From Candidatus Eiseniibacteriota bacterium (GTDB lineage: Bacteria; Eisenbacteria; RBG-16-71-46; CAZAMP01), in NCBI GenBank assembly GCA_965224245.1, contig OZ245046.1:5888001-5952000 (forward strand): a stretch of 64,000 bases of DNA. Direction: 5' to 3'. Below the pieces are notes generated by a model. It was not told the origin of the DNA, searched no databases, and saw only the letters and a program-made list of their open reading frames with translations. Below are positions 51,154 through 61,047 of this stretch, piece after piece (positions within the stretch are counted from its first letter, which is position 1; each line of letters starts with the position of its first letter). The position numbers were made by a program, and so were the translations under genes.

Positions 51154-51606
51154 ATGGGGCGCGCCGGCATGGATAAGTCGCAACTAATCAGCGGTTTACA
51201 GCTAGCCATCCTGCGAGAGATCTGGAGTCGTGGAGAGGCCACGGTGGCGGAGGTGCACAACGCCTTGCAGAGGGAACGGGGGCTGGCGATGACGACCGTC
51301 GCCACCGTCCTCTCCCGACTCGAGAAACGCCGGCTCATCACCCACCGACGCGAGGGTCGCCAGTTCGTCTACCGGGCCCGGGTCAGCGAGGAAGACGTCC
51401 GGAGCCAGATGGTGGCCGAGATTACGGAACGTCTCTTCCACGGAGACGTAACCGAGCTGGTGAGCCACCTGGTCGCCGACGGCGACATCAGCCAGGGCGA
51501 CCTGGCCCGCGTGCGGGAGCTCATCGAGACCCGAGAATCCGAGCTCGGTGCCGGAGCCCCACCTCCGGCGCCCGACGAACCCCGCGAGCACCCGGAGGAG
51601 GGGTGA
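51154..51606 (+). CDS. BlaI/MecI/CopY family repressor
   Basis: ILREIWSRGEATVAEV, LAMTTVATVLSRLEKR, REGRQFVYRA, LFHGD. Confidence 0.93.
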   Translation: MGRAGMDKSQLISGLQLAILREIWSRGEATVAEVHNALQRERGLAMTTVATVLSRLEKRRLITHRREGRQFVYRARVSEEDVRSQMVAEITERLFHGDVTELVSHLVADGDISQGDLARVRELIETRESELGAGAPPPAPDEPREHPEEG

Positions 51607-54071
51607 TGGACGCCCACCCGGTTCTGCTGATGCTGTCGACGCTCGCGCTGGCCTGGGCTCTCACCTACCTCCTCCACAGTACGATCTTCCTCGGAATCGC
51701 CTGGGGCCTCTCGCGGGTCCTGCCCACCCGTCTGGCCGCCACCAAGGATGCGGTGATCAAGACGGCGCTCGTGGGCGGGATCGTGACGGCCACGCTCCAG
51801 GTCGGGATCGGCGTGAACCCCCTCGGAGGGGCCATCGAGCTCCCCGGCGCGACCGCGCCGCCCACGGTGCCGGCCGACGTTCCGGTCTCCGAAACCCCGG
51901 ACGCGATCTGGGTCTCGACGCCCGACGGCCTCGTTCCAGTGTCTCCCGCCACAGGACACGCCGATCCGGGCCGTGCCGGCATCGTGCCGGTCGGCGAGGT
52001 CGACCTGCTCGGCATCGGCCGATCCCCGGTGCGCTCGGCCGGCGAGCCAGCGGGCGCGAGCCGGGACCTGCGCGTCGTTCCCGCCCACCGGGTCGGCTCG
52101 CCGCGAAGCCCCCTCGCGCTGATGCTGGCCGACGCCGGACGGATCTCGACCCGCGTCCTGGCCCCGGTGCTCGTGCTCGCCTGGCTCGTCCTGGCGAGCT
52201 TCAACGTGGGGCGGGTCGTCCTGGCGCGCCAGTGGCTCCGGTCCCGGCTGGCCGCCCGGCACGAGCTGATCGACGGACCCATCGTGCACACCGCCGACCG
52301 GCTCAGCCGGGAGCTGGACTTCGACCGGCGGGTCCGCGTCAGCGTCTCGGATCGGATCCAGAGCCCGATCGCGTTCGGCCGCCGCGAGATCTGCCTTCCG
52401 GCGCGCGCGATCGACGAGCTCGAGCCCGAGGCGGTCGAGGCGCTGCTCGTTCACGAGCTCGTCCACCTCGTCCGACGCGACCCGGCCTGGCTCTTCGGAT
52501 CGGTGCTGCTGGAGCGCGCGCTGTTCTTCCAGCCGCTGAACCGCATCGTGCGGCGACTGCTCACCGAGAACGCCGAGTACCTCTGTGACGACCAGGCCGC
52601 GCGCCGGACCGGCAGCGGGCTCCCGCTGGCCAAGTGCCTCGCCCAGGTCGCCACCTGGGTCGACGGCTCCCGGCGACCGAGCCTCGTGCCCGGCATCCTG
52701 ATGCAGGGCGGCCAGCGCGAGCGTTCCCCGCTCGTGAAGCGGGTCGAGCACCTCGTCGGCAACGACAGTGGCCGTCTGCCGGTGCTGAAGCGGCGTCACC
52801 GGCTCGCGGTCGCCGCCGCGTGCTTCGCGGTCGCGTGCTTGACGGTCCCGGCCGTCCGCTCCACCTCGACCCTCAGCTCGCTCCACGCGACCGTCCTCGA
52901 CGGGGCGTCGGGGCCGTTTCGCGTCGCGGGTCTCGAGACCCAGAGCCCGCCCGACACCGCGGCGCGCCGGCTCCGCAGCGGCAGCCTCGCGCGATCGCGC
53001 AATCCCGAGTCCGTGCGCCCGGTCTCCGGCAACGCACGAGGCGAGGACGTCGACGACATCGTGATCCACGACGAGGTCGTCACCCGTCGCGATACCGACG
53101 ATCCCGAGTCGCTGGACACGCTCGAGTCCGTCAAGAATGCCGTCGAGGCCTACCTGGGGGCCGTGGGGGGCGGCGCGGTCGAACTCGGCATGACCGCTCG
53201 CGAGCTCGCCGCGGCGACGCACGGTCTCGGCCTGTCCGCGCACGACACGGCGGCCCGCACGTTCGCCTCGATGCTGGATCACGACCGTGAGCACGATCAC
53301 GACTGTGACGAGGTCGACGACGACCTGTCCGAGACGGCCGAATCGCTGGAGGAGCTGCTCGTGGAGCTCGACGACCACGAGACGCGGGCGATGTATCTCC
53401 AGCTGATGGCCATGGCGCTCGAGGGAGGCGACTCATCGTTGCTCGAGGCCCTGATCGACGGGGGGGAGCTCGAGGCACGGGATCGCCATGGGCGCTCGCC
53501 GCTCCACGTCGCGACCGAGGCGGGAGACCTCGAGGCGATCGAGCGGCTCCTCGGGGCCGGTGCGCGGCTCGCGGCCGAGGACGACAACGGACGCACGGCG
53601 CTCCACCTCGCGGCCATCGAGGGCGAGCTGTCGGCGATCGAGCTGCTTCTGGAGCTCGGCGCCGACATCGATGCGGAGGACGAGCAGGGTCAGACCCCGC
53701 TCCACGTTGCGGTCGACGACGGCGACTTCGAGGTCGTTCAGCTCCTCTGCGTGGCCGGCGCGAACCCTGACCTCCGCGACGTGCACGGCCGCACGCCCCT
53801 TCACGTGGCGATCGAGGAGTCCGACTTCGACATCGTCCGGCTGCTGCTGGCTGCCGGCGCGGACCCCGGCATCGAGGACGAGTACGGCCGGAACGCCCTC
53901 CACCGCGCGATCGACGAGGGCGACGCCGACATCGTGGCCACCCTCGTCGAGAACGGCGCGAACCTGGACGCCGCGGACCGAAGCGGCCGCACGGCGGTCG
54001 ACTGGGCCGAGCGCTCGGGCACCGACGAGATCCGCGAGCTGCTCGAGGAGGCGGCGTCGGCCGGGCGATGA
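51603..54071 (+). CDS. BlaR1-type M56 metalloprotease signal transducer with C-terminal ankyrin repeats
   Basis: TYLLHST, TM helices, SPIAFG, zinc motif HELVH, RRD, AEYLCDD, LVKRV, last TM, then about six ankyrin repeats; GTGA overlap with blaI. Confidence 0.9.
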   Translation: MMDAHPVLLMLSTLALAWALTYLLHSTIFLGIAWGLSRVLPTRLAATKDAVIKTALVGGIVTATLQVGIGVNPLGGAIELPGATAPPTVPADVPVSETPDAIWVSTPDGLVPVSPATGHADPGRAGIVPVGEVDLLGIGRSPVRSAGEPAGASRDLRVVPAHRVGSPRSPLALMLADAGRISTRVLAPVLVLAWLVLASFNVGRVVLARQWLRSRLAARHELIDGPIVHTADRLSRELDFDRRVRVSVSDRIQSPIAFGRREICLPARAIDELEPEAVEALLVHELVHLVRRDPAWLFGSVLLERALFFQPLNRIVRRLLTENAEYLCDDQAARRTGSGLPLAKCLAQVATWVDGSRRPSLVPGILMQGGQRERSPLVKRVEHLVGNDSGRLPVLKRRHRLAVAAACFAVACLTVPAVRSTSTLSSLHATVLDGASGPFRVAGLETQSPPDTAARRLRSGSLARSRNPESVRPVSGNARGEDVDDIVIHDEVVTRRDTDDPESLDTLESVKNAVEAYLGAVGGGAVELGMTARELAAATHGLGLSAHDTAARTFASMLDHDREHDHDCDEVDDDLSETAESLEELLVELDDHETRAMYLQLMAMALEGGDSSLLEALIDGGELEARDRHGRSPLHVATEAGDLEAIERLLGAGARLAAEDDNGRTALHLAAIEGELSAIELLLELGADIDAEDEQGQTPLHVAVDDGDFEVVQLLCVAGANPDLRDVHGRTPLHVAIEESDFDIVRLLLAAGADPGIEDEYGRNALHRAIDEGDADIVATLVENGANLDAADRSGRTAVDWAERSGTDEIRELLEEAASAGR
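53490..54050 (+). repeat. Ankyrin repeat array (99-bp period, about six units)
   Basis: GRSPLHVA, GRTALHLA, GQTPLHVA, GRTPLHVA, GRNALHRA, GRTAVDWA at 33-aa spacing. Confidence 0.92.
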
Positions 54072-54210
54072 CTCACACCGGTCGCCCCGGGGACAGGGCT
54101 TCTCGTGTTCCGGTCGCTCGATTCCATTCGAACGCGTATGATCCCCTCTCGCCCGGGCCGGGCGTCCGCGAGCGGTCATCCTGGTGGCCGCCACTTTCTC
54201 AGGAGCCAGC

Positions 54211-56865
54211 ATGCTGACACTTCGCGTGAGCGCCCTCTCGCTGATCGTCGGTCTCGCGACCGCGTCGGCCGGCACGAGCGAGCCGGCCTATCGACTGGAC
54301 GGCCTCGTGGTTCCCAGCATCCAGCGCGTCGAGCTGACGGTGGATGCGCGCGAGACGAGCTACTCGGGCTCGGTGAGCGCGGACGTGACGGTCGTCTCCG
54401 AGATCCGAAGCTTCCTCTTGAACGCCGAGGACATCGAGATCTCCTCGATCGAGCTCCGGCGGGACGACGCGCGGATCCCCCTCGCCGTCGAGCAGAAGCC
54501 CGAGGGCATCGTGGAGCTGACCGCGGACCGCCCGATCACGGCCGGGACGTACGAGCTCACGGCGACGTTCACGAACGAGTTCAACACCCAGGCCGTGGGT
54601 CTGTACCGGCTCGAGAGCGACGGCGAGGCCTACACGTTCACGCAGTTTCAGGCCGTCGATGCGCGCAAGGCCTTCCCGTGCTGGGACGAGCCCAACGTCA
54701 AGATCCCCTACGAGGTCACGATCACCGTTCCCGCCGAGCACGAGGCCTTCAGCAACACGCCGGTTCGCGCGGACACGCGTGACGGTGATCTCCGGCGTGT
54801 CGCGTTCGCGCGCACGAAGCCCATTCCGGTCTATCTGGTGGCGATGGCGACCGGCCCGCTGGAGCAGGTGCCGGTCGAGGGGCTCCGGGTGCCCGGCCGC
54901 ATCATCACGAAGAAGGGACAGTCGCACCTCGTCGACCACGCGGCCGAGATCACGCCGCGCATCTTCGACGCGCTCGAGGAGTACTTCGGGCGACCCTATC
55001 CATATGCGAAGCTGGATCAGGTGGCGGTGCCCGAGTTCTGGCCCGGCGCGATGGAGAACGCCGGTCTCATCACGTACCGCGAGTCGGCCCTGGCCGTGGA
55101 TCGCGCCCGACTCACGGTCGGACAGCGGCGATGGCAGGCCGAGGTGATCGCCCACGAGGTCGCGCACCAGTGGTTCGGGGATCTCGTCACGATGGAGTGG
55201 TGGGACGATCTGTGGCTGAACGAATCGTTCGCCACGTGGATGGCCACGAAGATCTGCGCGGACCTCTTTCCCGAGCTCGACTTCGACGTGGAAAGCGTGC
55301 GGGGCGGCATCTACGCGATGAGCACCGACGCGCAGCTCTCGACCCGCGCCATTCGTCGTCCGATCGAGAAGACCGCCAATCTGCTCGAGTCCGCCGACGC
55401 GCTCGCCTACGAGAAGGGCGAGAGGGTTCTCGGCATGTTCGAGCAGTGGATGGGGCCCGAGGCGTTCCGCGACGGCGTTCGCGCCTACCTCGACGCCCAC
55501 GCGTTCGGAAACGCCACGGCCGACGATCTGTGGGCGGCGCTCTCCGAGTCGGCCGGTCACGACGTGGGCACCGCGATGGCCACCTTCCTCGATCAGCCCG
55601 GCGTTCCGATCGTCGCGGTCCGGGATCTGGGCGGCGGTCGTGTCCGGATCGATCAGAGGCGATTCTTCAACTACGGGGCCGAGGAGGCCGAGACGAACGA
55701 GCAGACGTGGCGCGTGCCGATCGTGCTCCGGTACGCCGACGCCGAGCAGGTCTACGATCAGGAGATCATGCTGGTCGACCGCTCGCAGACGTTCGAGCTG
55801 GAGACCGACAACGACCTGGCGTGGCTGCATCCGAACGTCGGTGAATCCGGCTACTACCACTGGATGGTCGAGCCCGGCGTGCTGGAGTCGCTGGCCGAGA
55901 ACGCCCCCGACATCCTGGACGTACGCGAGCGGGTAGGGCTCCTGGGGCACATCTCGGCACTGATGGACGCGGGCCTCGTGCACGGCGACGAGTTCCTGGC
56001 ACTGCTGGAGCTGCAGGCCGCCGACCCCGATCCTCAGGTGATGCGGTCGCTTCTCGGCGCGTTGATGGGGGTGCGCGGGGCGTTCGTGACCCCGGAGCTG
56101 GAGGATGCGTTCGGTCTCTACGTCGCCCGCTTCCTGGCACCGTCGTTGGAGGCGTACGGGCTCTTCGAGCAGCCCGGCGAGCCGGAGGCCGTCACGCAGT
56201 TCCGTCCGCAGATGCTGGGCGCGCTGGCCCGGTACGCGCGTGACGCCCGTGTGGTGGAGCAGATGCACGCGTGGGCAGAGACGTATCTGATCGATCCCGA
56301 CGCGGTGCCGGCCTCCATCGTGGGAACCGCGCTCGCAGTATCGGCGATGCAAGGCGACATGGCGCTGTTCGAGCAGTACCGGGCGCGATTCGAGTCCGCG
56401 GCCACCCCGGCCGAGCGGAGCCGGTTCCTGAACACGCTCGGGGAGTTCGAGGATCCGGCCCTCCTGCAGGCGGCGCTCGACTACGTGCTGACGGGACCGC
56501 TTCGTCCTCAGGAGATCTTCTCGATCCCGATGGCGATCGGTGGTGACGATTACACCTACGGCGACGTGCTCTGGACCTGGATGACCGAGCACCACGCGGA
56601 GATTCTCGGACGCATCCCACCGCCGATCGCGATGTACCTGGTCTGGTTCGGCGGGGGATGCGAGCGTGAGCTGATCGCTCGCGTCACCGAGTACTTCGAG
56701 CAGCCCGGGAAGTCGGTCCCCGGCACCGAGAGCGAGCTGGCGAAGGTCGTCGAGAGCATCGAGAACTGCGCCGGTCTCCGAGAGCGGGAGGGCGATCGCG
56801 TGGCGCGGTTCTTCGCGGACTTCGCGTCCCGGGCCGAACGACCGTCGACCGCACGCGGCATGTAG
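54211..56865 (+). CDS. Exported M1 family aminopeptidase with ERAP1-like C-terminal domain
   Basis: Signal peptide, ARKAFPCWDEP, GAMENAGL, HEVAHQWFG, LWLNESFA, AYEKG; AGGAG RBS before ATG 54211. Confidence 0.95.
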   Translation: MLTLRVSALSLIVGLATASAGTSEPAYRLDGLVVPSIQRVELTVDARETSYSGSVSADVTVVSEIRSFLLNAEDIEISSIELRRDDARIPLAVEQKPEGIVELTADRPITAGTYELTATFTNEFNTQAVGLYRLESDGEAYTFTQFQAVDARKAFPCWDEPNVKIPYEVTITVPAEHEAFSNTPVRADTRDGDLRRVAFARTKPIPVYLVAMATGPLEQVPVEGLRVPGRIITKKGQSHLVDHAAEITPRIFDALEEYFGRPYPYAKLDQVAVPEFWPGAMENAGLITYRESALAVDRARLTVGQRRWQAEVIAHEVAHQWFGDLVTMEWWDDLWLNESFATWMATKICADLFPELDFDVESVRGGIYAMSTDAQLSTRAIRRPIEKTANLLESADALAYEKGERVLGMFEQWMGPEAFRDGVRAYLDAHAFGNATADDLWAALSESAGHDVGTAMATFLDQPGVPIVAVRDLGGGRVRIDQRRFFNYGAEEAETNEQTWRVPIVLRYADAEQVYDQEIMLVDRSQTFELETDNDLAWLHPNVGESGYYHWMVEPGVLESLAENAPDILDVRERVGLLGHISALMDAGLVHGDEFLALLELQAADPDPQVMRSLLGALMGVRGAFVTPELEDAFGLYVARFLAPSLEAYGLFEQPGEPEAVTQFRPQMLGALARYARDARVVEQMHAWAETYLIDPDAVPASIVGTALAVSAMQGDMALFEQYRARFESAATPAERSRFLNTLGEFEDPALLQAALDYVLTGPLRPQEIFSIPMAIGGDDYTYGDVLWTWMTEHHAEILGRIPPPIAMYLVWFGGGCERELIARVTEYFEQPGKSVPGTESELAKVVESIENCAGLREREGDRVARFFADFASRAERPSTARGM

Positions 56866-56918
56866 CCGCCGATTCGGGGGTTGACCCCCCGGACCCCTCG
56901 GTCGACACTCAGGTCTCA

Positions 56919-56957
56919 CGCCCCGAGGAGCACCGCTCGCCGGGGCGCGTTCGTTTT
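56919..56957 (+). terminator. Putative intrinsic terminator after the M1 peptidase
   Basis: Stem CGCCCCG/CGGGGCG with inner GAGC/GCTC, followed by CGTTCGTTTT; another GGGGG-TTGA-CCCCC hairpin at 56876-56889. Confidence 0.5.
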
Positions 56958-56986
56958 GGCCTCGGCCGGGAGCCTGGGAGTTCCAG

Positions 56987-59512
56987 ATGCCCCGAGTGCG
57001 TTCCTCGATCCGCCTCGTCCGCGTCGCGCTCCAGATCGGCGCCGCTGCCGTCGTGATCGGTCTGGCCGGACCGCCGGCGCGCGGCGACGGCTGCCGTGAC
57101 TACTCGCGCGCGCTCGTCTGGGAAGAGACCCAGTGGCTCGACAGCACCCCCATCGTCCTGGCCGCGCCGTCGGACGGCGAGCGGCTCGTCGTCCTGACCC
57201 ACTCCGACCCCGACGGTCATCAGCTGCGCGTCTTCGGGCACGACGACGAGACTGACCCCCTGGAGGCGCTGGGGTCGCTCTCGCTGTCCGGATGGCCGCG
57301 AGACGCGATCTTCGTCGGACACCTCGTCTACGTGGCCGCGGGCTCTGCCGGGCTGCACGTCGTCGACGTCTCCGACGCCGCCGCGCCGGTCCTCGTCACG
57401 ACGGTCGAGGGCGGCGGCAGCTTCGAGCGTGTCCGATGTCGGGACGGCCTGGCACTGGTCGCCGCCGGTGTCGCCGGCTGTCACGTGCTCGACTGCGCCG
57501 ATCCGCGGGCGCCCGTCCTCGTGTGGACGCTCTCGACCCCCGACTGGTCCGGTGGCCTCGACATCCGGAACGACCTGGCCGCGCTCACGATGGGTGCCCG
57601 GGGAGTGCGCCTCGTCGATCTCGCGTCGCCGTATCTCGACACCGTGGTCGACCTCCCCGTGCCCGGCTACTGCCTCGACGTCGCGTTCGACGAATCGATG
57701 CGGGTCGCGGTCGCGGAGGCCGACGAGGGTGTTCTGGTCTACGACGTCTCGGATCTCCGCCACGCACGCCTGCTGCGAACGGTCCGGGCGCGCGAGCTCA
57801 TCACCCGCGTCCGCGCGACCGGCGGACGCATCCTCGCCACGGACTACCGCCAGGGGGTCGCGATCATCGACTGCGTCGACGTCACGAACCCGCCCTACTG
57901 GATCCCCACGCTCCGCGACGTCCGCGACGCCATCGGGGTCGGGGATCGGCTCTTCGTGGCCGATGGTCTGGCGGGCGTCACGCGGTACTCCGCGTGGCGC
58001 GAGCCGGTCGACCAGCCGACGACGATCGTCTCCGACGCCCGGGACGTTCGAGACGTTCGAACGGAGGGCCGCTTCGCCTACGTGGCCGAGCGGCTGGATG
58101 GGCTCGGGATCTACGACGTGCACACCGATCACGGCGCCACCGAGGTGGCGCGGGTCCTCGGCCGAGGTATCGTCGACGGCGTAGAGGTGAGCCAGGGCAT
58201 CGCCATCACGCTGGAGGACGCCGGCGCCACCGTGGTGGACGTGACCGACCCGAGGCGGCCGGTCGTCACGGGGTTCGTGCCACTCGAGGAAGCGACCCGC
58301 GGCGTGGCGATCGTGTCGGGGTTCGCGTACCTCGCCGTGGGCTGGGACAAGCTGGCGATCGTGCGTCTCGACGACGAGCCCGGCCCGAGCGTGATCGACA
58401 CGATCGACACGCTGGGGCTCGTGGCCGACGTCATCGTCGACGGTGATCGGATGTACGTCATCGACCGGTACTACGGTGTGCACGTGTACGACGTGACCGA
58501 TCCTCGACATCCGGAGTTTCTGGACCAGTGGACGAGCGTGGGGACGTTCCTGTCCACCGGGACCGTCGCCGACGGTCTCTTGTACGTGGTGTACCGCTCG
58601 CCCTTCGGCTGGCCGGTGGGCGGGTTGCACGTCGTGGACGTCCGGTCCCCGGGAGCGTTCGTCGAGCTGAGCCGCCTGTCCGTGCCGGGGGCGCCGCTCG
58701 ACCTGGACGTGGACGAGCGGGGCCGACACCTCTACGTGGCCGACGCCTGGACGGGCGTCGACGTCTTCTCGATCGACGATCCCGAGCGGCTGATGCACGT
58801 GGGGGCCCTGCCCGCGCCCGGGCTCGCGAGGTCGGTCCGGGTGCACGGCGACGACGTGTACGTCGGCGCTGGAAGCGGCGGGGCGGTGGTGTTCGACGTG
58901 CAGTGCCGCTCCGACGAGACGCCGATCCTGATCGGTGCGGTCTCCGCCGTGGTCGTGCCGAGGGGGGTGGTCGTCTCGTGGGAGAGCGGGTCGGACGGGG
59001 TCGGCGTCGACGTGTTCCGCCGGCGCGACCGCCCCGGATCGTCGCTCGTGAAGCTCACCGGCGAGCCGATTCGCGGTGCGGGACGGCGGAGCTTCCTCGA
59101 CACCGAGGTGGCTCCGGGGACGTACGTCTATCAGCTGCGCTCGTCGGGTCCCGGCGGGATCGAGTGGCTCGAGCCGCTCGACGTCCGGGTCGGGACGCCC
59201 TCGGGCGTGAGTCCGCCGTCACCGAACCCGTTCGCCGCGGAGACGGTCCTGCACCTGGAGTGGCCGTCCGACGGCACGGTGACCGCCGTCGTGTACGACG
59301 TCCGCGGCCGGCGCGTGGCGACGCTGGCCGATCGCGCCCGCGTGTCGGCGGGCTCGGACGTCATCGGCTGGGACGGCCGCGATGCCCGGCGTCACCTCGT
59401 GGCCGCCGGCGTGTACACGATCGTGATCCGGGCCCGGCTCGACGGAGCCTCGTCGTCGCCCGACGCGGCCGACCCGATCGTCGAGCGGCACCGCGTGCTG
59501 TTCGCGCCCTGA
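56987..59512 (+). CDS. Secreted LVIVD-repeat beta-propeller protein with C-terminal FlgD-Ig/T9SS-CTD-like domain
   Basis: Signal peptide; many YVA..GL.VVDVSD repeats; C-terminal PNPF...VYDVRGRRV...WDGRD...AAGVY. Confidence 0.88.
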   Translation: MPRVRSSIRLVRVALQIGAAAVVIGLAGPPARGDGCRDYSRALVWEETQWLDSTPIVLAAPSDGERLVVLTHSDPDGHQLRVFGHDDETDPLEALGSLSLSGWPRDAIFVGHLVYVAAGSAGLHVVDVSDAAAPVLVTTVEGGGSFERVRCRDGLALVAAGVAGCHVLDCADPRAPVLVWTLSTPDWSGGLDIRNDLAALTMGARGVRLVDLASPYLDTVVDLPVPGYCLDVAFDESMRVAVAEADEGVLVYDVSDLRHARLLRTVRARELITRVRATGGRILATDYRQGVAIIDCVDVTNPPYWIPTLRDVRDAIGVGDRLFVADGLAGVTRYSAWREPVDQPTTIVSDARDVRDVRTEGRFAYVAERLDGLGIYDVHTDHGATEVARVLGRGIVDGVEVSQGIAITLEDAGATVVDVTDPRRPVVTGFVPLEEATRGVAIVSGFAYLAVGWDKLAIVRLDDEPGPSVIDTIDTLGLVADVIVDGDRMYVIDRYYGVHVYDVTDPRHPEFLDQWTSVGTFLSTGTVADGLLYVVYRSPFGWPVGGLHVVDVRSPGAFVELSRLSVPGAPLDLDVDERGRHLYVADAWTGVDVFSIDDPERLMHVGALPAPGLARSVRVHGDDVYVGAGSGGAVVFDVQCRSDETPILIGAVSAVVVPRGVVVSWESGSDGVGVDVFRRRDRPGSSLVKLTGEPIRGAGRRSFLDTEVAPGTYVYQLRSSGPGGIEWLEPLDVRVGTPSGVSPPSPNPFAAETVLHLEWPSDGTVTAVVYDVRGRRVATLADRARVSAGSDVIGWDGRDARRHLVAAGVYTIVIRARLDGASSSPDAADPIVERHRVLFAP

Positions 59513-59523
59513 TCGCCGGTCCC

Positions 59524-61044
59524 CTACCGCGCGTCGTCACCGCCGCCGGGGACCTTCGGCACCAGACGCCACACGATCTGCTCGTAGCGGCCGGAACGGA
59601 TCGAGTTGTGGTGGTAGTCCTCGCTCTCGAGCCGCGCCACCTCCTCCAGCGAGAACACCGCGCCCAGCCCCCGGTTCACCAGCTGCCCCGGGTCGTAGGC
59701 GAGGCCGCTCTTGATGAGATACACCGGCGTACCCGAGCACGCCAGATCGTAGACGCGACGCACGAACGCTCGCGCCTCCTCACGGCTCGCGTCCGGCCGT
59801 GACGGATCACCGATCGGATGTCCGAGCGTGCGGCGCTTCGCGTAGTACTGGATGAACGGCGCGTCGTCCATCGCGATGACGATCGCGTTCGCGGGGGTGC
59901 GTTCGGCCAGGACCCGGGCCACCTCCTTGTTCCCGATGCGATCGTGGCGGTACGAGATAACCGGGAACGCGCGCACGAGCGGCACCACGCACACCACGGC
60001 CATCGCGGCCGCGTATCCCCAGCGCCAGCGTCCCAGCGCCAGGTGGCCCCCCGCCGCGATGAGGATGCACGCCGCCGCGAGCGGCTCGATCAGGAACCGT
60101 GCCGAGTACTGCTCGAGATTCGCCGCGTACAGGAACCCGACGACAGACAGCGCCACCAGCGCCCACAGCCTCCGTTCGCGCACGGCGGCGACCACGCCCG
60201 CCACGAACGCCGCGATGCCGATGGGCGTGAACGACGCGTTCACGTCCGCGGCGGCCACGCGCACGATCCCCGGCTCCCAGAGGCGGTATCCGGTGATCGA
60301 CGAGAACCGCGTGATCCACTCCCACTGGAGCGCCAGCACCAGTGCGATCGCGACCGCGGCTCCGGCGGCATACCCCACGATCGCCGGAATGCGGTGACGT
60401 CCGTGGGTGAAGAACATCAGCGCCCCCGGGGCCAGCGCCAGGAGGACCGGCATCCGGACGAGGCCGGACCCTCCGATCCAGAGTCCGGCCGCGACGGCCA
60501 GCGGCACCGACCCGCGTCGGGCCGCGAGCGCGGACAGCACGAGCCCGGCGAGCAGCGCGAAGAGCGCGAGCCCGTGTCCCTTGGCCCCCACGGTCTCGGC
60601 GAAGACGATCGGCGTGCACGCCAGCAGCCCCGCCGCCGCCACCGAGACGGATCGGGGAAGCCCCGAGAGGCGCGCCAGCAGGTGACACATCCCCACCGCC
60701 ATCGATCCGAAGAGCGCCGCCGAGACCAGGAGCGTCCGCTCGGTGCTCCATCCCAACGCGGGCCCCGCGATCGACTGCAGCCCCCAGTTCACGGCGACGA
60801 GCCCGTAGCGCCCCGAGACCGGCGGATCGTGCAGCTGCAACGGCGTGAGCGACCCGATCCGGGCGCTCTCCTCGACGGCCTGAGCCAGGCGCACGGCGTC
60901 GTGGTGGAAGAGACCGTCGTTCAGCAGAAAGAGCCGGGCCAGGAGCGCGGCCAGGGCGAGCGCCGCGAACGCGACCGCGTCGGCGGGCCCGAGCGGGACG
61001 TCCGCGACGGTGCGGGAACGTGTCTTCCGGCGTGAGCGGGCCAA
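59524..61044 (-). CDS. Multi-TM GT-C (ArnT/PMT-like) glycosyltransferase
   Basis: About 11 hydrophobic segments, early loop GLFHHD, RFL motif, soluble C-terminal domain; TTG start 3 nt after the rlmD stop. Confidence 0.65.
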   Translation of the reverse strand: MARSRRKTRSRTVADVPLGPADAVAFAALALAALLARLFLLNDGLFHHDAVRLAQAVEESARIGSLTPLQLHDPPVSGRYGLVAVNWGLQSIAGPALGWSTERTLLVSAALFGSMAVGMCHLLARLSGLPRSVSVAAAGLLACTPIVFAETVGAKGHGLALFALLAGLVLSALAARRGSVPLAVAAGLWIGGSGLVRMPVLLALAPGALMFFTHGRHRIPAIVGYAAGAAVAIALVLALQWEWITRFSSITGYRLWEPGIVRVAAADVNASFTPIGIAAFVAGVVAAVRERRLWALVALSVVGFLYAANLEQYSARFLIEPLAAACILIAAGGHLALGRWRWGYAAAMAVVCVVPLVRAFPVISYRHDRIGNKEVARVLAERTPANAIVIAMDDAPFIQYYAKRRTLGHPIGDPSRPDASREEARAFVRRVYDLACSGTPVYLIKSGLAYDPGQLVNRGLGAVFSLEEVARLESEDYHHNSIRSGRYEQIVWRLVPKVPGGGDDAR

Positions 61045-61047
61045 TGC

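Noticed and set aside
53490-54050. Ankyrin array as a CRISPR-like DNA repeat or eukaryotic transfer
   Set aside because: In-frame 99-bp coding repeats with host-like codon usage; ankyrins are common in bacteria
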